From contig NC_086109.1 in NCBI RefSeq assembly GCF_963921235.1, positions 35,652,001 through 35,716,000 of the forward strand: DNA of 64,000 nucleotides. Direction: 5' to 3'. Source of the DNA: Mobula hypostoma (taxonomy: Eukaryota). The notes beneath the pieces were generated by a model. That model had not been told where the DNA came from, searched no databases, and worked only from the letters and a program-made list of their open reading frames with translations. Numbering within the stretch: the first letter of the stretch is position 1; each line of letters begins with the position of its first letter. Positions 36,449-49,834 of the stretch are shown in pieces. A program made the translations under genes and the position numbers.

Positions 36449-38545
36449 ATAACGGCCATGTTTGACTGACTGGTTCTTGTTGTAAAGTACTTATTAAGCA
36501 ATTGACTATTAGTTCAGATACATGTTCACGTTTTTCTTGCTTCTATCTGTGGGATAAATGAAATACCCAAATGCCAAATTTTGTCCCAGAGTTTTGTCCC
36601 AGAGCTCCTTTCAGATTCTGCCATAATTTAACTTGTGGGTAATCTGATATTAGCAGAAAAGATCCCCTGGACTTAAAGTGCAAATTGTCAAATTAAGTCA
36701 CACAAATTCTTCTGATCTTTAAAAATTCTGTATGTCTCACCTATCATCCATCAATAAAATAAACAACAATACAATTTCCACTATTTGCAGTAACTTATAA
36801 GTCTCAGAGAGGCATTTAAAATTAATCTAGTGCAACAACATTGTGAGTCGCTCTTTCAATATATTTTGTTTGACATCATATTCAGACACTGATTAACAAT
36901 TATCATTATAATTAGGAAATATGTTATTTATAAAGTCATTTTTAGTTATTTAAGTATTAATTTCTTATAGGTAGTGAATAAGGCACGATGAACAAAAACT
37001 GCACTTTTAGTAATTACATCCTAATCCTGGAGCAGTTTCCATTTGCATTGTACAAGTCCCCTGTTATTAAGTTCATTGTTATTTATTCACACATCCAACA
37101 CTGGTTGCTCTTGAATTCGACTAATTGTTGTCTGCTTTTCAAGCAGCCAAATTCACTCAAAAGTAAGGACCAAATTCTCCATGGGCTAATCAACTCCAAC
37201 ATATCACAAAGGCATCCATTTTTCATGGCGATAATCTGCATAGTCGTAATCCACCATTTCTGATTCAGCTTAAAAATTTCACAAAAAAAATTAGAAAATA
37301 ATTAAAGCTCTTGATATATCAGGCAGCATCAGTGTGGAGAAAAACAAAGTGCGTGTTTCAGGTCAAGAAAAGTTAATCAAACTTGGAATGCTAAGAGAAT
37401 AAGTTTGGTTTATGTCGCAGCATTTGGAGAGAATAGGGAGCATGTCTGTCATCGGATGCAAATTATCAAGGTAACAATTATTTTTGAAAATGTTCAATCA
37501 AACACAGTGATGCAACAGTCATAATTACAAGCAGTTGGAATATTTTCCCTTTTCCTCTATTGAAAGTGGTAACTCTTTGCTGGAATATGACTCTATGGAT
37601 ATCAATCATCTGTCCCAGACTTTGCCAATGTGGCAATTTGAAATATGTGAACTTGACAATTCTCTGAAAATCTGGTGTACTCAAACGTGTAAATGCAGGA
37701 TAGCGATCAGAAGTGATTGATCCTGCCTAAAGGATGGAAATAATATGTAAGGGATCAATAGATAGTATGTGGTATAAGCATATCATTTCAATCAATGATG
37801 ATTACTGTTTAATATAATATAATTTAAAAGTTTTTTTTTAACTTTTTATCATTTTGCATAATTTGTTCTACTTTCGCAAGTTGGATGAATGACAGTGTTT
37901 GTTGTGTCTGGATGCCATTGTATTTCTCTTCTTTGTGGCTGCCTACAAGAAACTGAATCTCAAAGTTGTATATGGTATACAATACATAGTTCGATCATGA
38001 ATGTACCTTGAACTTTGAAATTAAACTCTTCTGATTTTATGAAACATAATTGACTCAGTGATCATGTTCCCCAAGTCAACATTCGGGAGTTTAAATACAC
38101 TTCGTATGTCATATCTATTGTTTTATCAATAATCAACACTGTTTACTTTATTGATATGTTAGCCTTTATATAATTCAATTCTGTTGACATTAAGTCATGA
38201 TATGAACCAGCCTGATTTGTTACTTTGAAGGATAATACTGTATTAGTCAGGAGAAAAGTATCATTAAATCTGTAGTTAAAGCACAATTGCCAAAACATTT
38301 GATGTGTCTTAAGAGGAGATCCAAAGTTGCCTTAAAATCTTTCTTCATGCCTGGTGTTACCTTGACTTAATTTTACAATAATTCCTTGCAGAGTAATGCC
38401 TTACTGTTCAAGAATGCAATAATATCACCAGCAGTCTCAAAAGCTGCCATTTTCTAACTCCAATCCCACAAATCCTCATCCCACTAGAGACAGATACATC
38501 CTCCAACCTTAAGCAAGATCTAAGTCTGCTTTACTAAGGTAGCTT

Positions 38546-38577
38546 ATTGCCATGGCAACAGTCTTCCCTTGCACGTG
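38546..38577. promoter_or_regulatory. Candidate RFX X-box plus E-box
   Basis: ATTGCCATGGCAAC (13/14 match to GTTGCCATGGCAAC) followed by CACGTG at 38572-38577. Confidence 0.4.
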
Positions 38578-39911
38578 TTGTGAGCTTGTTTAAATGCATT
38601 GCTTCTTTCCCCATGAAATATTATCTCTCAATCCAAACTTAAGCAACAATTGATCAGTGCAGTAATAAACTTATATAATTTACTATTAATAAAATTTAGC
38701 TAAAAATATGTTGGAAACAATTTTGTCGAGATAACTTGAAATCTTCCTAGCAGAAATGCTGTTCCACTGCCTGAACTGTTAAGCTGTTCTGAAATATTCA
38801 TGTAAGAATACCTCATTATTGGACTTGTGGGCTGCTTAAAATAAGTTTTTTTTCTCTGTCATTTCTGGATTGTGGGTTAGCATGTAAAAAGTTCAGACTA
38901 ATGCAACTGAGACTGAATGGATACTTGGCAATAAAATCATAGAATACAAATGGGCACAGCAGATTCTACAGCCCTTCAGTTGCACCAATAGCTGATACCA
39001 CAGGCCGCTGTTCTCACTCTAACCAATCAAGCTCAGAGACTTGGTATTAGCTGCTTAATTCTACACTCTGTGCCTTATCAAACTAAGGATTCCATCTGGT
39101 TTGCTACGAAAATGAAAGCAAAAGTGCTAATAACTTCAGTTAATGTTTTTCCTTGGTATTAAGTACTTAAAATTGTTAATTTTTATCTTATAGTACTTAC
39201 AAGTGAAATGTTGTATGAGCTGTGGTGATTGATTTTTGTTGTCTGTAGATGTGATGATGGAGTTTCCATGGTGATAGTTTACAAAGGATATTGTTGTTTG
39301 ATTTTGTGAAGTATCACAGAGAGGTAATTATTATGCATTAGGTTGTGCAAAGGAGCAAAGGACAGCCAAGGAAAAAATCTCATAATCTGACTATCCTCTG
39401 TGGTAAAAGAAAGCAGAATGAGAGAATTCAATTAACAACATTGTCCAGATTAAGGACCATAATACGCCTAGTTGAATTAAATTAGTAAACTAATCCATGC
39501 TGTTTATACATGAGATTATTAATTAGGTTGGTCTAATAAAAACTGCATTTTTAAGCATTCATTCAGGAAATTACATTTCTTCTCTGAAGTCAGAGGAATT
39601 TATTTGCAGCGTAATTGCTGAAGAATATATTGATGATAGACGTGTAGTTGCACACATGCCAAATGCAATAAGCTTGAAGAATTGAGACAGTAGTTCTGGG
39701 AGGTTGAATTGAGCTCGAGAGAGAAAGAGTAGACGATTCCTATAAAAATGAAATTGCTTATTTAAGGTGGAAAAGAGTTGTATTGAAATAGCACTTTTCA
39801 TGTGTTTCAGGTGTCCCAAAATGGCGCATTTGACATAAATTAGAAATTCTGGCCGTCACCATATGCGCACATGGTAAACAAATGGCAATAAAGCAGATAT
39901 TATGCCTTAAT

Positions 39912-40066
39912 TATAGTTGAGGGATAAGTATTGGTTAGGATACTGGAAGAACTCCACTGAATTTCATCATAATGGTGTTATGGGAACTTTTGCAATAACT
40001 TGAGTGAGAGCCAGGGTTTTATTTTAATGATGTGCTATCAGATAGTGAAGCACTGATCAGAATTGC
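39912..40066 (-). mobile_element. Second DeuSINE relic
   Basis: GTTGAGGGATAAGTATTGGTTAGGATACTGGAAGAACTCC is the reverse complement of the Deu block also seen at 30000-30040. Confidence 0.65.
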
Positions 40067-40419
40067 AAACAAGTCCCCTGATTTTTCCGATTCTGCACAT
40101 ACTCATCAGTGATTCTAAGATTTCCATAAAAGTACACGTGTGAGTAGACAAAAGTACATGTTGGAGTAGAAATCCTGATTTTATTGACACCAGCATATTC
40201 GAAGCAGTGTCTAGTGTTGGAATCCACATGGTGTACAGCAGCAGAGTGCAAAGCTACAACAGTTCCTGACACAGTTCATGGATATCTGATGAAAAAATCT
40301 GGCATGGTGTAGCAAAACAAGTTTTAGTGAAATTATATATTCTGAACAAATTCAGTTTAGTTTAAGCTTTGCAATTGCTTTCGAAGTTTTCTTAAGTGTT
40401 ATAAAATCTTTTTGTTTAT

Positions 40420-41178
40420 TGTTACATATGAGCAGCAATAGATTACTAACGAAGTCTGGTTTTCAATGTTAAAACCAGTACCTTTATTAGTATCTACCAA
40501 AATATAAAAGATTAAATGAAATAAACAGAAGTTAACACTGTTATGCGTGTATATATGTGTACATATAGCTCCCAAACTATCAAACTTGGGAAACAATGCT
40601 TAATGTCTTAAGATGGTAAAGTAGAATTGTTCAGTAATCCACGAAATAAGTGAGTGAGGGGAGAGATTTGTGAATCCACACAAAAATGTAGAGAAAAGGC
40701 AATTACGAATAATTCCACAGATTCCACGCTGGGTAAACGAAATAACAGTCGCCATTATCCGTTGAGTCATTCCAAAGTCCACCTAGAAATATCAGCAGGT
40801 GACAGTCACAGGGATATCATCTTTGAGTGGTCACCGCACAACACCCCGATTCCAGGTAAGGGCCAATACACGTGATACCACAGGATACTCCAACAAATCC
40901 ACACATATGAATTATATGAACTGACAGTCACACAACCGTTGTGCACTGTGTGCCGATGATCAACCCAATCTTTTGGGCAAGGAAGAGTTCCAAACCATAG
41001 TAGTGACTAGCTGAAGTTCCAACAGCCTGTCCCTCTCTCTCTCTCTCTCTCTCTCCTTACAACACTGAAAATCTCAGCGGTCTGTCGCAGCTTGTCATAC
41101 TGATATCATAGTCCTGCCTCAACCAGGTGTCTCTTAAAGTGACAGTCCACAGCGAACAAAACCTGTGGTCTGGTAACA
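40420..41178 (-). mobile_element. Solo LTR (759 bp)
   Basis: TGTTAC...GTAACA termini; 4-bp TSD TTAT at 40416-40419 and 41179-41182; minus-strand AATAAA ~40483; internal (CT)n. Confidence 0.85.
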
Positions 41179-41289
41179 TTATGAAATTCAATCTTCTAAA
41201 AATTTATTGACAGTGTTAATTACTTATGCTTTTAAGTGTTTTTGAAAGTTAAAGAAATGTTCATAATTCACATCAAAATGCTCTCGTAA

Positions 41290-42930
41290 AGATAGAGTCG
41301 TAGAGTCACAGAAAAGTGCATCACAGAAACAGGCCTTTCAGCCCATCTAATCCATGCCAAACCATTTAATCTGCCTACTCCCAATAATCTGCACCGAGAC
41401 CATACCCCTCCATACCCCTACCACCCATGTACCTATCCAAACTTCTCTTAAACATTGGAATCAAGTTTGCATGCACCACTTGCACTGGCAGCTTGTTCCA
41501 CACTCCAAGAATTGTGTTAAAATGAAGTACACAATTCAGGAATCAGTCCCTACAGACACCTGTGGAGCACTACTAGTCACCAGCAGCCAGCCAGAAAAGG
41601 CTCCCTTTATTCTTACTTTTTACCTCCTGCCAATCAGCCACTGCTTTATCCATGCTAGAATCTTTCCTGTAATACCATGGGCTCATAGCTTGTTAAGCAG
41701 CCTCATGTGTGACACCTTGTCAAAGTCCTTCTGAAAATCCAAGTACATTACATCAACCAATTCTCTTTTGCCTGTCCTGGTTGTTATTTCTTAAAAGAAT
41801 TCCAACAGGCTTGTCAGGCAAGATTTTCCCTTGAGGAAATCATGCTGACCGCAGCCTATTTTATCAGGTGCCTCCAAGTACCCTGAGACCTCATCCTTAA
41901 TAATTGACTCCAACATCTTCCCAACCACTGAAGTCTGAGTAACTGGTCTGTAGTTTGCTTCCTTCATGAATAGTAAGGTGATATTTGAAATTTTCCAGTC
42001 TTCTGGAACCATTCCAGAATCTATTGATTCTTGAAAGGTCATTACTAATGCCTCCACGATCTCTTTAGCTACCTCTTTCAGAACTCTGGGGTGTATACCA
42101 TCTGGTCCAGGTGACTTATCTACCTTCAGATCTTTCAGTTTCCCAAGAACTTTTGCCACATTTATGGTGACTTAACACACCTATGCCATTTTGTTGTCGC
42201 CCATTATTACCTCTCCGCCATACGTTTTGCAGTGGTTCAATATCCACTTTCACCTCTCTTTTACTCTTTATGTATATGAAAAAAACTTCTGTTATCATCT
42301 TTAATATTATTGTCTAGCTTACATACATCTTCTGTCTTTACCTTCTGAATGACCTTTTAATTGCTTTCTACTGGTTTTTCAAAGCTTCCCAATCCTCAAG
42401 CTTCCCATTAATTTTGCCTCTATTATATGCCCTCTCTTTGGCTTTTATGTTGGCTCTGAGTTCTCTTGTTAGCCAGTCATTTCTGCTCTGCCATCATCCC
42501 TGCCAGTATTCTTTTCTAATCAATTCTGGCCAACTCCTCTCTCATACCTCTGTAATTACCTTTACTCCACTGTAATACTGATACATCTGACATTAACTTC
42601 TCCTCAAATTTCAGGGTGAATTTGATCATATTATGATCACTTAGCCCTAAGGGTTCTTTTACCTTAAGATCTCTAATGAATTCTGGTTCATTACACATCA
42701 CCCAATCCAGAACAGCTGATCCTTTAGTGGGATCAACCACAAGTTGCTCTAAAAAGCAATCTTGTAGGCACTCTAGAAATTCCTTCTCCTGTAATCCAAC
42801 ATCATCCTGATTTTCCTAATCTACCTGCATATTGCAGTTTCCCATGTCTATTTCCCTTTTGGATGCATTTTCTATCTCCCATTGTAATTTGTAGGCAACA
42901 TCCTTACCAGTGTTTGGGGGTCTGTATACA
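41290..42930 (-). mobile_element. CR1 LINE with APE and RT fragments, internally deleted
   Basis: PTKGSAVLDWVMCNEP...LGLSDHNMI (APE); KSPGPDGIHPRVLKE...GKSCLTSLLEFF (RT). Confidence 0.88.
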
Positions 42931-42954
42931 GCCCAGCATTCCTTGTGAGTAGCT

Positions 42955-44620
42955 CTTTCTTGATTATTCTTACATTATATGTCAATCATTTGGTGATAGA
43001 TGTGATGCCTTTGTTGCAATATTTGCAGACAATATGGAGATGGGTGGAAGGGCAGGTAGTTATTAGATTAGATTAGATTTAGATTTTGAGGACACTCAAT
43101 CCTCTTTTATTGTTATTTAGAAATGCATACATGCATTAAGAAATGATACAATGTTTCTCCGGAGTGATATCACAGAAAACAAGACAGACCAAAGACTATC
43201 ACTGACAAAACCACATAATTATACCATATAGTTACAGCAGTGCAAAGCAATACCATAATTTGATGAAGAACAGTCCATAGGCACAGTAAAAAAAAGTCTC
43301 AAAGTTCTGAGTCGATCGACTCCCGAGTCCCCAATAGCGGCGGCAAAAGGGAGAAACTTCCTGCCATAAACCTCCAGGCACCGTCAACTTGCCGATACCT
43401 TGGAAGCAGCTGAACACAGCCGACACTGAGTCCGTCCATCCGAAAACAAGCTTCCGAGCAGCCTCTCCGATACAGCATCCCGAGCACCATCCTCTGCCGA
43501 GCGCCTTTGACCTCTCCCCGGCCGCTGATACACGCAAAGCCAAGGATTTCGAGGCCTTCAGCTCCAGAGATTCTGGTTACCACACAGTAGCAGCGGTAGC
43601 AAAGCAGGCATTTCAGAAGTTTTCCAGATGTTCCGCTATGCACTCACGTCTGTCTCCATCAAATCAGGATTGTGCACAGTCCCCTATTTGACAGATAACA
43701 GATATTCATCACCGGACAGGCGGCGCACGCTGTTGTCGCGCTGCCATCTTCTCCCGTTTTGAGGAAGTAACTAGGTTACTGAAGGACTTAGGTAGACAAG
43801 GTGAATGGACAAAGAAATGACAATTAGAATATAGTGTCAGGAAGTGTATGGTCATGCACTTTGGTAGAAGAAATGAAAAGGTAGATTATTTTCTAAATGT
43901 AGAGAAAATACAACAAAAAATTGAGGTACAAAGGGGTTTGGGATTCCTTGTGCAGGATTTCCTGAAGGTTAATTTGTAGACTGAGTCTATGTTGAGGAAG
44001 GCAAATGCAATGTTAGCATTCATTTCAAGAGGAGGAGAATATAAAAGGAAGGATACAGTGTATTGTGAGCAGATCTGAATCCCTTATCTTAGAAAGGATG
44101 TGCTAAAACTGGAGAGGGTTCAAAGGAGGTTCACCAAAGTGATTCCAGGGTTGAGTGGCTTGTCACATGAAGAGCATTTGATGGCTGTGGGTCTGTATTC
44201 ACTAGAATCCAGAAAAATGAGGGTTGACCGCATTGAAACCTGTTGAATGATGAAAGACCTTGATACAGTGGATGGGGAGAGGATGTTTCCTATAGTGGGA
44301 AATTGTAAGACCAGAGGATATAAGCCTTAGAATAGAGGTGTTTTCTTTAGAATGGAGATCAGGAGGAATCTCCTTAGCCAGAGTGGTAAATCTGTGGAAT
44401 TCTTTGCCGCAGGCAGCTATGGAAATCAAGTATTTATGTATATTTAAGACAAAGGTTGATAAATTCTTGATTGGTCAGGGCATGAAGGGATATGGGAAGA
44501 AAGCAGGAGATTGGGGCTGAGAGGAAAAATTGGATCAGCCATGATGAAATGGCAGGGCACACTTGATGGGCCAAATGGCCTAATTCTGCTTCCATATCTT
44601 CCGGTCTTATGGTCTCTTGG
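42955..44620 (+). mobile_element. Decayed CR1 3' portion interrupted by the 43063-43757 insertion
   Basis: LERVQRRFTKVIPG, RVVNLWNSLPQAA, CR1 3' UTR. Confidence 0.8.
43063..43757 (-). mobile_element. ~695-bp non-autonomous retroposon
   Basis: CpG-rich head GGGAGAAGATGGCAGCGCGAC; AATAAA-like signal plus (AATCT)n tail; cleanly interrupts CR1. Confidence 0.7.
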
Positions 44621-45435
44621 AAAAATTGATACATTTAAGAGCCCGTGATATACAGTGGAGTCAAAAATATATGTGCACAGGTGTAATTGGAACTATGGCT
44701 GGCCATCATAAACTAGATTGGTCATGTAGCAGGTGCTATTCCTAACTTGCTTTCAGCAGATGACAAGGTGTTCTTTCAATATTGAAAAGGAATATTGATG
44801 GTGTTCTTAGAACCAGATAGAATTTTAACAATTCAGTTGAGGTAGTGACATTGTCATATTAGCTGATAAATGAAAGTAAGAGACTATTTAAAACTCATGT
44901 GGTGTTTATTCAGGAGAGCAATGCTTTCATCACTTGTTATTTTGAGAGCTTCTACTGCATACTCTCAGCAATGTACCCAGTGCGTTATTTCTTCAGCATG
45001 AACCATATACTGTCTGACTACACAACCATATTGACTGCTCCACCAAGTTTGGTGAAAAAGTTGATTGGGCCCCAAAATACAAGAAGCTGGTTTGAATATG
45101 TAGCCTCCCACTCCCAAGGTGTGGCTATCCTCGTCAGGATGGTCATATATTTTGTAATTCCAAAATATTAATCTATTAGAAAGGGAAATAGGGGAGCTGG
45201 GAATGTGTGTCTAACATTGTTTTTACCTTAAGTAAGATGTGGTGGTGTAATAATGTATGCCATTTATATACTTTTACATATAACCCACAATGAAAACAAC
45301 AAAGAATGCTTAATCAAATAATATATTTACAGTATTACTCAAATGTTACTGAAATATTAAATACACACTTGCCCATGCTGAGCTGTAAACTCCAACTCAA
45401 TAAAGAATGTATCTCAATATATATCAAAATATATA

Positions 45436-48400
45436 TTTTTTTCTCACCCTTTATGTGTGGTGCTAATTTGTATTTTTTCCCTTAATCTCAAGTTCTCTAC
45501 CAGAGGCCTGGGAGCTTGAGGGCTTTGTGTAATATCCTTGCTGTTCCTTTTAGTGCACTCTTCTGGGCCGAGAACTCAGATGTTGTTCCTGGGATCAGTT
45601 GTAGCCATTCTTCCAGTCCAGGTGCCACAGCTCCAAGTGCTCCTATCACCACCAGGGTTCCTCTTGCTTTAACTTTCCACATCCTTTCTATCTGCTCTTT
45701 TAGGCCTTGTCATTTCTCCAGCTTCTCATTTTCTTTCTTCCTGATGTTACTGTCATTCGGGTTTGCCACATCTATTACTATTGCTTTCTTCTGTTCCTTG
45801 TCCAGTACTACTATGTCTGGTTGGTTGGCCATACCTGTTTATCAGTCTGTAATTGGAAGTCCCACAGGATAGTAGCTCTGTCATTCACCAATATCTTCTC
45901 GGGTATTTCCCATTTGGACTTGGGAGTGTCCAATCCATACACAGTGCAGATGTTCAGTACACAATTACTGCAACTTAGTTATAATGATCAGTATATGTTG
46001 TCCCTGCCTGCACCTTGCACCCTGTTACTATGTGCTGAATGGTTTCAGCAGATTCCTTGCACCATCTGCTTCTTGGTTCTTGTCTGGTGTGATAGAGCCC
46101 TGCTTCTATTACTCTTGTGCTCAGCACCTGTTCTTGTGCAGCCATGAGTAGTGCCTCTGTGCTGTCCCTGAGCCCTGCCATTTCCAGCCATTGGTAGGAC
46201 TTTCCAAAGTCAGCCACCTCTGATATCTGGTGATGGTACATCTCCTGCAGTGGCTTGTCCTGCCATGTCCCTGGTCCTCTGGCTCTGCTTCACCCACTTC
46301 CATTTTCATATGCCCTGCCTGCTGTCTGAGGTATTCTCCTCGCAGGTCATCCTTAGGGGCCATAATCCTGCCATACTCATGGATGTTTCACATTTCCTCC
46401 AGGATTGTGGCCTTGACACTTCCAAGACCCCATCCTCCTTTATTCCGGCAGGTGTACAGTTGTACGATGTTGGACTTTGGATGGAATCCTCCATGTATTG
46501 TTAGTAGCTTCTGCATCTAGATATCAGCAGCTTCCAGTTCATTTTTTGGCCAGCACAGTTCTGCACCTGAATATCTGATGACTGGTAGGGTAAATGTGTT
46601 GATGGCTCCAATCTTGTTCTTCCCATTCTTCTGGCTTTTTAGGACCTGTCTGACTCTTTGGAGGTACTTGCATTTTGCAGCCTTCCTATATCCTCATCGT
46701 GGCTTCCATGCACCCACAGGATCCCTAGATATTTGTAGCTATCCTGTACATCTGGTATGTAGCCTTCAGGTCACTCGATTCCTTCAGTCTTAATGAGTAT
46801 TCCTCTTTTCACTACCATCAGGCTGCACTTTTCCAGTCCAAATGACAACCTGATGTCTCTGCTGTTCACCCTTGTCAGGTGTTTTAGTGAGTCAAAGTCT
46901 GTTTCATTTCTGCCATGCAGCTTGATGTCATCCATGTATAGGAGGTGGCTGATGGTCACTTCACTCTTGAACCTGTACCCATATCCACTCTTTGAGATGA
47001 TTGGGCTGAGGGGCTTCAAGCCTATGCAGAACAGCAGTGGGGATAGTGCATCACCCTGGGATATTTCACATCTGATGGTCACTTGTGCTATTGGCTTTGA
47101 ATTAACGTCTAACATTGGCCTCCAATGGCTCATTGAATTCTTGATGAAGGTCCATAGTGTCTTGATGATCTTGTACAGAGACAGACATTTCAGGATCCAT
47201 GTGTGGGGCATTGAGTCGTCAATCCAAGCCATGCTTACGTTGGTTTGCCTGGTCTTGGAGTCTCGCATGACTGCTTTGTCTACCAGTAGTTGGTGCTTGG
47301 AGCCTCTGGTCCCATTACTAATCCCCCTCTGAGCAGGGCTCAGGAATTTACACACATTTTCCATCAGCTTGGAGGCAATGATGCCTGATATGTTGTTGAC
47401 AGGCAGGGTATAGGCCGGTAGTTTGATGGAGTTGCTCCTTTATGAAGATCCTTCATTATGAGTACTGTCCTTCCTTGAGCTAGCCATTTCAGGTGGGAAT
47501 CAGCTTCAAGCAGCTGGTCCATTTGAGCTGTCAACCATGTATGTAATGCTGATAGTTTCCTCAGCTAATAAGTGTAGATCATGTCGGGCCCTGGTGATGT
47601 TCAATTCTTCATACTTGCTACCCATTGTTAGACATCTACTGCTGGGATGGTGACTGATTCTTCCTCTGGAAGATTACAGAGGCTTGCTTGTAGGTTTTCC
47701 AGCCATTTGACACTGGTGATACGTGAAGCTTCTTTCTCCCATAAGCTCTTCCAGTCCTCTTCAGTTGCTGTTTTAATTGGTTCGGGGTCTGGCAAGTTGT
47801 TCTTCTGGAACTGTGCAAATATTTTTCCTAGTTCTTTGGAGAAGAGTGTATTTATTCAGTTGGCTTCTGCATCCTTAGTGTACCTATGTAGTCAGGTAGC
47901 CACAGCTGTTGATAATCGCTTGGCAGTTTCCAGGGCTTTGGCTATGGACATACCTCTGTACCTCCTTAGTAGCTGAGGCTAGTCTTTGGTCTTCCCACCT
48001 TTCTGCAGCTCAGTTAGTCTGCTGACCACCACCCTTGTGATGTTCATTGTGGCTTCTAATTGTCATCTCCAGGGGGAGTTATTACTGTACTCTGCACTGT
48101 TTTTCATTTTGTAGCCTAGCATTGCTAGGACTGCTGCTGCAGATGCATATATCACGTTATTGGTCTCAGTTATGTTGAAGGTTGCAATTGTGAGTAGTGC
48201 TTCTAGCATGCTGTCTGATGGAATTTTAACACTAGGTCTGGGAACCTAGTACGTTGATTGATGGTCGCCATTTTAGCTTTGGTCTTCTCTGTCATTGCAG
48301 CAGCCAGCATCAACATGCCCCAAGGGGAGGTTCAAACTTGCATTTCCTGTGTACAAAATGATGCTATTACCATTGCACCGTCTATGAGTTGTGGAGTTGG

Positions 48401-48945
48401 GGTTTGAACTCGTATTTCCCAATCGGCTCAGTTCTGCAGTGGTGTTGCTGTGACGCATCGTGATTGCATGTCTTCTAATTCAAGACGTGATGGCAATCCT
48501 CTGTTGACAACGTTTGATCGCTGAGTCACCAGTTGTTTTTCTGTGAACGTGGACGGCGGTCTTCGTTATTGCCAGACTCCCCACATGCGCTTGCTGCATT
48601 CTCTTTCATGGGGGTTGCTGTTAAAGTAGCATTCCAATAGTCCACATTGTCCAGTAACATCCATTTATGGTTTGTTCCAGTTGCCAATTTTGCACCAGAT
48701 TGTCCCACTTCCAGAACCACTGGTACGGATCTTGTTAATCCGGGCAACATAGAGCCAGCCTGACTCTTCTTGTTCTTGTCACTCTCATCCGAAGGTTTTT
48801 GTGGGCAGATGTAGAGTAAGCACGAGTGGTCCAGCCCAAGAGTCTCACCCGGGCTGCCACCACCGGGACCTGAACCCCAGATCCACGCACCATGGAGCCT
48901 GGACGGTTCCTAGTTTTGGCCTCCAAAGTCCCCTATTCCACCTTA
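45436..48945 (-). mobile_element. R4/Dong (Rex6-like) non-LTR element with REL endonuclease, near full length, decayed
   Basis: QGDALSPLLFCIGL, SHLLYMDDIKL (~46927); zinc-finger-like CKESAETIQHIVTGC; REL-like PDIVVLDK...IVIDVA and VVIGALGAV. Confidence 0.85.
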
Positions 48946-49834
48946 AGTATGTGTATGTATGCGTGTGTGTGTGTATCTATAGTGTACTACATAATACAAT
49001 TACTATATAGACATCCACAGCATAGTAAATTTAAAATTGTCCCATTCAGGCCTAAAGATTTAATTACTGTTGACACTTTCTTACTCTTGTGGGATAACAT
49101 CTTTCTTGATAAGGGGTATCGGTCTGCTTGACAGGTGAGACTTGTAGCTGTGAAACAACCTCAGGCTCTAGGGCCTGTGAAGCAACCTCAGTTCTGGGTC
49201 CTCCTCCATGGTAGATGTAGGAGTTGACTCTAGGACTGTACGAAGTGGTTCTGATGACTTTGACCACCTTTTCTTTTCTTACCATTAGTTCTGTTCTCCT
49301 TAACTGATTAATGTGTCATTTCCAAATATACTTCAAACCCAATCTCTACCATGTAGGAGAATAGTCCAGTTCTGTCCTTAATATTTCCAAGTACCCACTT
49401 TTAGTCGTCTATGTAGTCCCTCACCGTTACTGCTTGTCCAATAGTGAAACCTTGAACCTCCTTGTTTAAGGAGCCTATAATTTGTCTCAGCTGTTTGTTC
49501 TGCATACTCCTTCTGAGATTGGGTTTGAGGAGATCCAAGATGAACACAAGGGATGACCCAAGAACAGTGTAACTGTTGAGTTGTTTGTTGTGGAATGCGG
49601 TGCATTGCAATATGCAATAAGGACATTGTTGAGCTTCTGATTCTGTGCCAGTTTACTGCTGACATCGCTCTCAGTGCATTCTTTGGACTGGACGAAACAT
49701 TCCACCAAGCTAATTCTAGCTGGGTGGTATGCTACAGATGTAATATATTTTATTCCATTCATTTTCAGGAATGACTGAAACTGTTCCACAATAAATTATG
49801 GACCATTGTCACTGACTAAGTATTCTGGAACACT

